A stretch of 63,292 bases of DNA, the filler included, from Bigelowiella natans CCMP2755 (taxonomy: Eukaryota > Protista > Cercozoa), in the NCBI GenBank assembly GCA_000320545.1. It is 9 parts of 9 records of this genome, joined end to end, with 100 filler letters (N's around TTAATTAATTAA, not from the genome) between each part and the next. Parts side by side here need not be neighbours in the genome. Positions count along the whole stretch, not along the records: positions 35,010 to 51,719 come from ADNK01003285.1; 8 more parts are not named here. One strand, 5' to 3'. Position 1 is the first letter of the stretch; each line of letters opens with the position of its first letter. Under the pieces are notes generated by a model. The model made no database searches and was not told the DNA's origin. It saw only the letters and a list, made by a program, of their open reading frames with translations. Position numbers and translations under genes: made by a program. Below, one piece after another: positions 39,433 through 48,732 of this stretch.

Positions 39433-42400
39433 TCATCGCTTTCGGAACTTCACCAACCACCAGGTAATAGATTCCTCTCTAACCTTATCTCCTTTGTCGC
39501 TTACCCAGAACTCACCTTCGTCCTTAGGTTCGTGTCCATACCAGCCCTCTGCATCAAGGTCCCCCAGGACCTTATACCAGTGCTCAAAGGGTAAGTCGGG
39601 AACAGCTAGGTAGAGTAGCTGATATTTTCCGTCCTTTATTTTCATAGCTACCCTCTCCATATTTCGTAATCCAGGGTAGCCTAGATAGACAATCTTCATG
39701 CGCCAATCGTCGTTCACCCTGACCTTATTGTTTCCATATTCCACATCGAACTTAGGTCGGGGTCCTAAACAAGGCATTGCTCGCTCCCACACAGTAGGGT
39801 TTACTTTAACATCCTCTAGGAGCTTCTCACCGATATCATAATTCTTTAGGTGACTGATGTGGCGCAAGGTGACCCTGTTCCCATCATAGATGTAGTACTG
39901 CTTCCTCCCCTTCCTCTCGGTAACCTTTGCAACGCCACCCCAGAAGGGGTCTTGTTTATTTCTCGATCTCAGATTTACCTTGGCCCTAACATACTGTCCT
40001 TCCTTTAGAACTCGGCCATCGTACGGGACCTTCTCGTCTTCGCTCTCGGTATCGTCGTCGTTGTCGTCGCCTTCTTCCCTCTCCTTATCCTTGATACCTC
40101 CCCCAGACGTGAAGGTGTCGTTTACTAACCCTTGTATCTTGTCTGGTGTGGTGCTATTTATCCTGCTTAGGTTGGCCAAGGTGCGGTGGAGTCGCTCTAC
40201 CTTGGAGTTGGACTGGGCATAGTATACAGGTGAGGCATCAATATTAGGGTGTGGTAGCTGTAGAAGAGAGGTCTCATTATCCACATGTAACTTCTTTGGT
40301 ATCTTGTTTATGCTAACTTCATCAGGGATAGCCTGGAGCTCAGACTCCCAGGTACGGTAGCAGTTAGTAAGCCTCTGCTTATATAAGCCTTTGTTCTTCT
40401 TAGCAACGTTGACCTTGATAATCTTTTTAACCCAGCACTTTCCAGTGGCCACATCAACGAAGGTAAGGTAGTGATAGCCATCGTACTTATAAACATCAAT
40501 TTGCACGATATCTAAGAAGTTCCTTGCTTTGATTTTCTTAGATGCACGGCTCTTGCTGGACTCCTTGGTGGCGACGCCTGCCGCCTTCAAGCTGGAGCAC
40601 CTGCAGCCACGCAGGTATGTCCTTATCTCTTTTAGCTTGTAGGGCCAGTAGTAATGGTAGAGTAGAGCAGTGATATGGTTTTCTCCTACGTGTGCAGGTC
40701 CATGGGCGGTAAAGAGAAGGGCTCCCCTGGTCCGCCGTGGCACGTAGGTACGCCTAACATTATTAGTGTATACATATATCCTATCACTAAGTACCTCATG
40801 CTTGTGTTTGTATTTATCCAGGTGTTCTTGAAGGTGCTGGAGCTCCTCTGGCTCAGGCAGGAAGTCGCCGTCCTCGAAGGTAATCGCGTTAACCATAGGG
40901 GTGACCTGGGTAGGGACTTTCTTTTCGAACAGCCTGCTGAAATAGTCAGCAAGCTGCTTGTCTCCTGGTGCGTAGACCACTGTCCTCTTGTCCCTAAACT
41001 CTTCCGTGTCCGCCCTCATAGCTGCATACTCATCGTTAGGCGCTTCGAGCTTGCGGTCGATGCCTAGGAGGGGCTTGTGGTCAGTCATTAAGGTGAAGCT
41101 GGGCACCGACAGCAGGTAGTATCTTAGTTTCCTCTGCGCCTCAGTCATGGCTTTATACTCTCCTTTTGTAGGGCTGTACTTGGCCTCAGCTGCTGTGCAG
41201 GCCCTGCCCCACACCCGTATGATCTGCTGGTCTTGGGTAAGTACAGCAGCCATACCTAGCTTAGACCAGTCTGTCCATAGGGTAGCTGGTCTAGTAGTGT
41301 CTAGCTTAGCATTCAATAGGGTGTTGCTGCATAACTTTATTAGGTTATCGAAGTGGGCATCAAGGCCAGCCTTGGCCCACACCTTAGCGAAGCTGAGGCC
41401 TACAGAGTTCTCCTTCCGGTAAGCAGTAGTAAAAGCAGCTGCAGTCCTAGCGTAGGTAGGGGAGAACCTACGTAGTATCCAAGCTGCAGTCTGCAAGAAT
41501 GACTTTAACTCCTTTGCATTCTTAGGTTTAGGGGCTTGCTGTAGTGCTGCTACTTTCTCGGGGTTTGGGGTGATGCGGCCTTGCTCCAGGTAATATCCAC
41601 ACCACTTGATTCTTGTAGCTAGGAATGTACACTTCTGCAGTCTAATAGTAAAACCGAAGTGTGCAAACCTAATAAATATATTTTCCAGGAGGAAGATCTG
41701 AGCGACGACTGTGTTGGTACATATTATGTCATCATCCACATACACAAACACAAACACCCACAACACAGACGCCATCCCATCATGTGTGTATGCCCTGTAG
41801 TTCTGACTACTGAACGCATCCCCTGATATGCTTAGGCCGTAAGGGAATACGACGAAGTGCCACTTCCTGTGCCTGCTGGAGAACGCGGTAATGGGGCGGG
41901 AGGTTTTGTGGATGGGTGTCTGCATGTATGATTCATTTTTATCTAGGGAAGAGTAGTATTTGTATCCTATGACGTGTTCAATAACGTCATCTATCCTTGG
42001 TGTAGGTGTCTGGATCCTCTTTATTACTCGGTTGTGGCGGATGAAGTTGTGCGCCAGGCGGAAGAAAGGGTAAGTAGGTTTCTTAGCTAGCACATGTCTC
42101 ACGTTCCATGGTGAGTTGCTTGGCTCTATCTTCCCTTCCTTTGCCCATTCATTGATCTGCCACTCTATCTTTTCCCAGTCCGCTTCCGGTCGCCTATGTT
42201 CTGGGTCATTGATGATGCACTCTTCGTATCCCTTCTTTAGCTCGATCTTTACTGGGGTAAGCTTGCTGGAGGGCTTCGTCGTCGGCTTGGTGATGTCAGA
42301 GTACTTCTCGTTTAATATTTTATTAATGTACTTTTTGCCTTTGTCGATATCCCAATCATCAGCTGGGGGGGTCTTGTCCAGTAGCCGGGTCTGATTTGGG

Positions 42401-42441
42401 TCTCCGCGTCGCTGCCAGGTATCTGTAGCTTTAGCATTAGC
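39433..42441 (-). CDS. pol: Gypsy Pol (RT, RNase H, integrase, C-terminal adenine-methyltransferase-like extension)
   Basis: The frame is open from about 42441. IEPSNSPWN, SSLD, PYGL, YVDD (RT); TDWS, TDHKPL, ADYFSR (RNase H); HHCC and QIDV/VDNE/VERLHRTL (integrase). Confidence 0.93.
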   Translation of the reverse strand, partial: ANAKATDTWQRRGDPNQTRLLDKTPPADDWDIDKGKKYINKILNEKYSDITKPTTKPSSKLTPVKIELKKGYEECIINDPEHRRPEADWEKIEWQINEWAKEGKIEPSNSPWNVRHVLAKKPTYPFFRLAHNFIRHNRVIKRIQTPTPRIDDVIEHVIGYKYYSSLDKNESYMQTPIHKTSRPITAFSSRHRKWHFVVFPYGLSISGDAFSSQNYRAYTHDGMASVLWVFVFVYVDDDIICTNTVVAQIFLLENIFIRFAHFGFTIRLQKCTFLATRIKWCGYYLEQGRITPNPEKVAALQQAPKPKNAKELKSFLQTAAWILRRFSPTYARTAAAFTTAYRKENSVGLSFAKVWAKAGLDAHFDNLIKLCSNTLLNAKLDTTRPATLWTDWSKLGMAAVLTQDQQIIRVWGRACTAAEAKYSPTKGEYKAMTEAQRKLRYYLLSVPSFTLMTDHKPLLGIDRKLEAPNDEYAAMRADTEEFRDKRTVVYAPGDKQLADYFSRLFEKKVPTQVTPMVNAITFEDGDFLPEPEELQHLQEHLDKYKHKHEVLSDRIYVYTNNVRRTYVPRRTRGALLFTAHGPAHVGENHITALLYHYYWPYKLKEIRTYLRGCRCSSLKAAGVATKESSKSRASKKIKARNFLDIVQIDVYKYDGYHYLTFVDVATGKCWVKKIIKVNVAKKNKGLYKQRLTNCYRTWESELQAIPDEVSINKIPKKLHVDNETSLLQLPHPNIDASPVYYAQSNSKVERLHRTLANLSRINSTTPDKIQGLVNDTFTSGGGIKDKEREEGDDNDDDTESEDEKVPYDGRVLKEGQYVRAKVNLRSRNKQDPFWGGVAKVTERKGRKQYYIYDGNRVTLRHISHLKNYDIGEKLLEDVKVNPTVWERAMPCLGPRPKFDVEYGNNKVRVNDDWRMKIVYLGYPGLRNMERVAMKIKDGKYQLLYLAVPDLPFEHWYKVLGDLDAEGWYGHEPKDEGEFWVSDKGDKVREESITWWLVKFRKR

Positions 42442-44129
42442 TCACCGACGGTCTTCATGGAAGAGCTTCCGTCTGCTTGAGCATATTTACGTTCTTTCTT
42501 AGTCACTTGATCCAATAGTCCTAACCTTCTTACTGTGCTTAGGCTTATGAAGGACTTCGGCATGCTGCCACTATCCCAAAGGGCAGGTAGTTTCTTGTAG
42601 TCTCCGTAGCTGTCTTTAACTTTAACCTTGGTCATAGCAACTTTGATAGTCCTGTTAGCGTCTTCGTCATTAATGTTGCATACTCCTAAGTTCTTTATGT
42701 CGTCTAGGGTCATGGGCTTGTCTTGGTCCTGCGTTGCTGGTACTGCTGTCTTCGTCGGCGCCTGCTTAAGGTGATCTAATATTCCGTTTATCTGCTGCTG
42801 TATAGCATTGATACTGTTCTGCTTTTTGTTCTTATATTTATTGTTCTTCCCGTTGTTGCTGCCTTGCCATTTGCTGTTGTTATATCCTTGTCCTCTGCCT
42901 TTCTTTCTCTTTAACTTCTCGTAGTGTTCGTTGAGCTGCCTGATCGTCATCCTGGGTCGTCCTTCTTTCCTGTCTCTGCAGTCTTTAGCGGTGTGTTTCC
43001 CTTTACGTGAGCAGTATCCGCAACGTCGGTTACCTTCCCTGTCCTTGTACCAGTCTCGCTGCGGCTTAATAGCGTTAATGTTTCCTATGCCAGGTACCTT
43101 AGGGCTGGTAAACTTGCGGTCCTGCTCCTGCTCGCGTAGGGATATAGCCTGCACTGCTGCCTCCATCGTGGTGTAGCCTTTCTCCGTAACGTAAGTGGAT
43201 TCCTTTATCTTTAACTTGAACTCTTCAAACCTTGCCTGATCATCACCTGTGTTGTAATTAAAATCATGTAGTTCGTCGATCATATCCTGGAAGCGCGTGG
43301 CAAAGTCTCTAACAGGTTCTCTCTCATGCTGCATCATTGCTCTGTATTTTCTAATAGCCTGGGGTAGGGAGTTAGCATCCTGTTCATTTACAAAAGCCTT
43401 CATTATCGCCTCAACGTCTCGTAGCCCACTAACTGTAGTGTGTATTTTCTCTAGCTGCCTGATCCGGGTCCTGCCTGTCTCGTAAAGGTCCATGGCTTGC
43501 TTTATTATAGCTAGCCATTTGAGCTTGTCGTTTTCGGTGGGGTTAGGGGTAAAGTCGCAGAGTATACTCCTAGCGTTCTTCCACCACCTCCTTGCCTCAC
43601 CTCTTTTCCCGTTGTATTTCGTTATCATAACCGGTGCTGTTTTAACAGACATGAACTGGGTGTTCCGCTGTACCGGCTGCTGCTGCTTGACGGTGCTCTG
43701 GGTCGTCCCCCGCGAGGCGCCCAGACCCCCGTCGTTCCTAAACAAAGCTGCCCACTCTGGAGGTAAGTCTGCTTCGTAATCCATGATGTCCTGCATGATA
43801 GCTGCCCAAACATCATGTGTCTGATACTTGTATTCTATCGATACTTTCAGTTTGGCGTAGTTGCTCGCCCTGGGTCGCAAGGCTCGTAATGCCATTACGA
43901 CCTTCTTGCTTTCGGCGGCCACGTCCTCGTCGTCCGCCTCGTAGAAGTTCTCCAGTGCCTCTGCTGCTGCATCTGCTTTCTTAATCCCGGGTGCTGGTCC
44001 CGGCGGTGCCTGTGGAGGTGTTCCTCCTCCTTCCTTAGCGTCCGTATCGCCCTTCCTTTCCTGTTTCTGCTCGTGCCCTTGCACGGCCTGCGAGCCAAAG
44101 TCCTGCTGTTCTTCTAGCTGCTGTGACAT
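42312..44129 (-). CDS. gag: Gypsy Gag-protease
   Basis: 605 aa, with CCHC knuckle CGYCSRKGKHTAKDC and aspartic protease ALWDSGS. Confidence 0.9.
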   Translation of the reverse strand: MSQQLEEQQDFGSQAVQGHEQKQERKGDTDAKEGGGTPPQAPPGPAPGIKKADAAAEALENFYEADDEDVAAESKKVVMALRALRPRASNYAKLKVSIEYKYQTHDVWAAIMQDIMDYEADLPPEWAALFRNDGGLGASRGTTQSTVKQQQPVQRNTQFMSVKTAPVMITKYNGKRGEARRWWKNARSILCDFTPNPTENDKLKWLAIIKQAMDLYETGRTRIRQLEKIHTTVSGLRDVEAIMKAFVNEQDANSLPQAIRKYRAMMQHEREPVRDFATRFQDMIDELHDFNYNTGDDQARFEEFKLKIKESTYVTEKGYTTMEAAVQAISLREQEQDRKFTSPKVPGIGNINAIKPQRDWYKDREGNRRCGYCSRKGKHTAKDCRDRKEGRPRMTIRQLNEHYEKLKRKKGRGQGYNNSKWQGSNNGKNNKYKNKKQNSINAIQQQINGILDHLKQAPTKTAVPATQDQDKPMTLDDIKNLGVCNINDEDANRTIKVAMTKVKVKDSYGDYKKLPALWDSGSMPKSFISLSTVRRLGLLDQVTKKERKYAQADGSSSMKTVGELMLKLQIPGSDAETQIRPGYWTRPPQLMIGISTKAKSTLIKY

Positions 44130-44145
44130 TGTTAGTCAAATCGTT

Positions 44146-44163
44146 TCCCGTGTGTGGAAGCCA
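44146..44163 (-). promoter_or_regulatory. Primer-binding site candidate
   Basis: TGGCTTCCACACACGGGA lies 5 nt after the 5' LTR. Its complement ends in CCA like a tRNA 3' end; the isoacceptor is uncertain (Glu-like). Confidence 0.7.
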
Positions 44164-44168
44164 AAGGT

Positions 44169-44494
44169 TGTTGCGCGTAAGGTGTTCACAGGCCGAGGCG
44201 CTACGTGCACAAGTAGGCAGGGGGGGGGAAAGGCACGTTTGCTTCCTTTTGAAGAGTTGTGTTTATTTTTATTAAAGATTATATTTTTATTAAATCGTGC
44301 ACTGCGTAATCATTCGCGAAGCTTTCGCGAATGCCGCCGCACGTGGGGCAGCACACTTCCGGTGTGCTGCCATGAGTCCCGCCGGAACCCACGTGCCTAT
44401 GCTGTATTAATATCTACGTTATCTATATTCTATATCCGCGACAACCCCTTTGTTGTCGCACGTGACTTGTGCCCGCGTAGTGGTACGCGCTACA
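44169..44494 (-). repeat. 5' LTR
   Basis: Apparently identical to 39056-39381. Confidence 0.95.
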
Positions 44495-47400
44495 TGCAGT
44501 GAGTTCGATTCCGGAGCTGTTGCACATTGTGCAAAGCAACGGGAGGTTTTTGCGGCCATTGGCGCTTCCTGCCCATGCATGCATTGCATGCATTCAAGCC
44601 TGTGGCTCGACCACGAGTGAGTGCAAGCTTCCAATGGCGGCAACGCATGTGGTGGCCTGCTTGATTGAAGAGGCATCACATGCGCAGCATCATGCATCGG
44701 TTTTCCCGTTGTGGAAACGTGCATGTGTGCATGCGCGTCAGTCAATTTGCCAACTTGGGAGGCGTGTTGATGCTCCCATGTTCGCACAAAGTTTGACATG
44801 CATGCAGTCGACATGCAAGCGAGCATGAACCGAGGAAATCAGCAAATTGACTGTGCACGTTGTGGCAGGTGAAGCGGCACAAGTGCGACAAGCATTGCCT
44901 TGGCGCTTCAGCCTGCCGCGACAAGGAATGCACACGCATGTCGCGCGACAAGGACTGGCCTTGTCGCGGCCTAGGAATGCAATGCAATCATGTTTGACCG
45001 ATGCGATGACAAGCCTGTCATCTGTCAAGGGGCGGTCAAGCCCTCGCATGACGTCATCACAGTTCAACCTGAACACCGCTGCCCACTCGTTTGCCACCTT
45101 TTGCTCACTGCGCGCACATCGCACCGCACCCAGCCCTCCAACAAGGGGGGGGGGGGGGGACGAGCAAAGAATTGATCTCTTTCCTGATTTGCAGGTCACG
45201 GAGGAATTGAGCGGTGCTTTCAGTGAAGCTGGCAATCTGCACCCCACTCAGACAGCACAAATCAAGTCTTTCTTTGGATGCAAACAGAAACCTTTCTCAA
45301 AAAAGGATTTTGATAAAATTGCCCGAGATCGTGGGACCGGCAACTGACTGTTGGGCTGGCAGTTCTGCCAGTTTTCGCAGTTGAAACCGAGTGCACTTGC
45401 AAGCACGTTCACGTTCGAACGACATTCGCCAGAATGACGTTCGCCAGGTTCGTGCAAGTGGTGTTTTCGCATGAGTTTTTGAAGTCACCGTTGTGTTCGA
45501 GTGAACAGTGCCAGACACAACTCCGTCAAACCTGCAACGAATCGTGAGAATGAGCACTTGGAAGCTTTTGCGCGCGACCAAGCGTTCCGTGTGATGTGAA
45601 GGATGTTGGATTTGCTTGCATTTCTTCGGAATTTTTCTTGCACGTGTGGATTGTTGTGCAAGCACACGCGTCAAATCGTTCAAAGTTTGGCAGACGAGAA
45701 CAAACGCGCAGCGTGCGCAACCTGAACACAACCGGTGTGAACAAAATTTTCAACTTTGCGCGCTCGCTTGGGCCTTGAAAGTGGACACTTGCCAGCTTGT
45801 GCAATTGCCCCTCTGCGCCGCGCTTGCGCCCGCAACACGTCGTGCAACATTGGAACAATCAACGGAAAAAATGACCTTCCAATGAACACCATTGAACATC
45901 AAAAAGTGCACCAGTGTCAATCCCCATTGACACCCAGGATGCAGGATCATCTGAAATTGCCGGCGCCGTCGCCGGTGTCCCAATTCCTGCCCAGTTTCAA
46001 CAATTGCGAATGCCAGAACTCCGTCTGAAACATCACCCCATTGCCAGATTGGGCAACACCAACTGACGCTGTCTTGCCCTTCCCTGCATCGCACCGACAC
46101 CTCCTCAGGGTCGTTGCTGTTCTTCGTCCTCTTCGCATCTCTGCCTCCGCTTCCTTTCAGTCTGCCTCCACTTTCTGCCAACACGGAGGAATGCTTGCCG
46201 TTCCCCAACTGCAATCCCCTCCGTTTGATTGCCTCTCTGATGCTCTCCCAACAAAGTCAACACCCTGTCGTGTCAACTGCCAACTTGCTGCCCCCTGTCG
46301 CAGCATCCCTTGTCAACTGCATTGCTGCTGCTTGTCGCAGCACTCTTTGTTGACCAACTTGCTGCCGGTTGTCGCAGCAACACCCACTGGCACTCAACCA
46401 CCAGGCGCCAATGCGCGCCGCTTCACGTGCAACTGCAGCTTGGCCCAACGGTTCTGTCAATTTTTGAGGTTTGGCTGTCAGACAAGTTCGCTGATGACTT
46501 TTCCTTGACCAACTTCAACTGCCTGCTGCTTCACAGCGCGTCGCGAAGTGCTGCACTGTTCGTGACCTGGTCGTCGTTGCAGGATTTGACGGAGTTGTGG
46601 AGTGCCAGAGTGTTCGTTGAGCCAAAATCACCGTTTGCACTCGAATGAACACGTTTGCAAGCACGTGCATTTGGTGTCAACCTTTTCGTTGCCGGTCCTG
46701 ATTCTGAGAGCTTGCACGTTGCGCTCACATCTAGCTGAGTGCACAGCTGGTGGCGTGGATGTGCATGGCACGTCTCCAGGTCTGCACACGAGCCATGATG
46801 GACGTGCAACACAATGCACACATCGTGCACTGCCATGTCCGTCATGCCTCTAGCGCTGGCAAAGGTCGGAACAAGCACACAAGTGCTACGCTTTGCAGCG
46901 CACTGGCGCAAGCTAACAGCTGGCATGGCTAGCGCAAGCACATCTGTGCATGTAGTCGCTGCATTGCACAGCCACATCTAGACATCAGGAAGACCGTTGA
47001 AAAGATTTGATCACTTCATCATTGCATCCGTCTCACCCATGGTCACATCTGTGTTTTCTTGATGTGTTGATTGCCGCAACGTTTGCCTCTCAAACACGAT
47101 TGATCTAGTGACACTTCTGGCATGGCCTTGCACGGTCAGGACATGCACTGCTCTAGTACTAATGATGAAAAGCGCAAGCCAAGCAAGATCATTGCTAGAT
47201 TACTAGATTAGGCTGGACGTGTTTGCAGCAGCTTTTGCGTTAAATGTGGATTCCTCAATGATGAACACACACATGTGCAATTTTAACCTAATTAATTTTG
47301 ATCTTACCAGATCAAATCCTACAATTGTAGCAGTTCCATCAAGTAATAAGTTAGCTAATTATGATGCGGTCATCTAAGACGCAGGTACAGCTAAAGATGC

Positions 47401-48434
47401 TTCTGTCCCAATGACTACAAATAAGTAAATGTGCATCATCAGGTGATAACATTTTATTACTCTCCCAACATATAAAGCAAAATTGGCTTTGCGATTGCTG
47501 GTAATTTACTACTTGAAAGTGGCTGTTTTTAGAGCCTCTGGTACCTCGCCCAAGAAGTGAAATCCCCCTCTTTTTCTCAGTCCGTGGCCGTTATCTTCTT
47601 TGTTATTCTGGCTTATGTTGCTGTCACAACCCTTTACAACTCTATTTTTTGCAAATCGATTCTTTGGGTAGGGAGGAAGAGGAGGAGGGGAACCTTTGGT
47701 GTTCCCACTAGCTGCCCCATGCTTTGAAGATGCGCGGGCGATCTTCTTTCGCTGTTCAAGCTCCTCTACATCTTCATCTACATCCAGACCATCCTCTACC
47801 GCGTACATGAATGGCGATGTGCCATGTGGAGGCTTCGGCTGGTATCCAATAACGTATCATCAGCTATTGAGATGAATGATGTATACTGTATTGATTGTGC
47901 ATGCTCCAGATCATTACAACTGATACTGCAATTATTGTAATACGACGCCGATGGAGACGACGACGACAACGATTGATGATAAGATCACTTTCAACATTAG
48001 CTAGCAGACTATATGTACACAAACCCGAGCTGCCTCTGCTTGTTTCATAGCATCCAGCGTCGGAAGGTCTTCGCCGAGAAATGATTTGGATAGTATTAGA
48101 AAGTGTGAGGACGAGGATGGGAACGACAAATAACAAATGATGATGATAAAAGCAATTCCAAAAGATGAAGGGTGCAAGGAACTACGTATTGTGGAAGAAA
48201 AGGATCTTTATATACAGGTACATCTCGGCATAACTGTAAATGAATATCTAAGGTTCTTCCCAACCGTCCTCTCTTTCATCCTCTCTTAATTCTTCCCATT
48301 TTGTCTGTCAGCTTCTTATTTATGACTTTCGTTCGTATAGCCTAATGGACAGCTTCCCTCCTTATCGCTTACTAGGACCATGTTTTGTTAAAAGCAAAAC
48401 TGTTAGCATCTTGCACGTTTACGTAAGAAACACA

Positions 48435-48474
<40 letters not shown>

Positions 48475-48692
48475 ACATACACGCACATTGTATTGCGTGT
48501 TCGACATCATCATGGTTTCTCTTTCCGAAATTTGTTTGCTCCTATTCCCAGTACCCGATCAACACATCATCGTATGTATCATCATTGTTGACCTAGTTCG
48601 TCCGTTGTAATCATGCGATACACAATGTACAGCATTATTAGCACGGAGCCCTACGTACAGAAACATTTTACAACATTTTAATACGTAAGCAT

Positions 48693-48732
<40 letters not shown>

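Larger units (their letters stand above)
39056..44494 (-). mobile_element. Full-length Ty3/gypsy LTR retrotransposon (5.4 kb), TGCA target-site duplication
   Basis: Two 326-bp TG...CA LTRs that appear identical, TGCA on both flanks (39052-39055 and 44495-44498), PBS, PPT, and gag-PR / RT-RH-IN order. Confidence 0.97.
37520..47160. other. TpA-depleted island 3 (37520-39055 and 44495-47160), split by the gypsy insertion
   Basis: Left arm: survivors are four CTAG, one CTAA and two CTAC. Right arm 44495-46729: two TA (CTAG at 44971, GATAA at about 45314), then a CTAG-rich gradient. Confidence 0.9.

Noticed and set aside
44152-44502. ORF repeated three times (also 38850-39428 and 59378-59755)
   Set aside because: Antisense reading through the LTR with no domain evidence.
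46100-46150. LRVVAVLRPLRIS resembling an ion-channel S4 segment
   Set aside because: Short match in hypermutated DNA with no flanking transmembrane helices.
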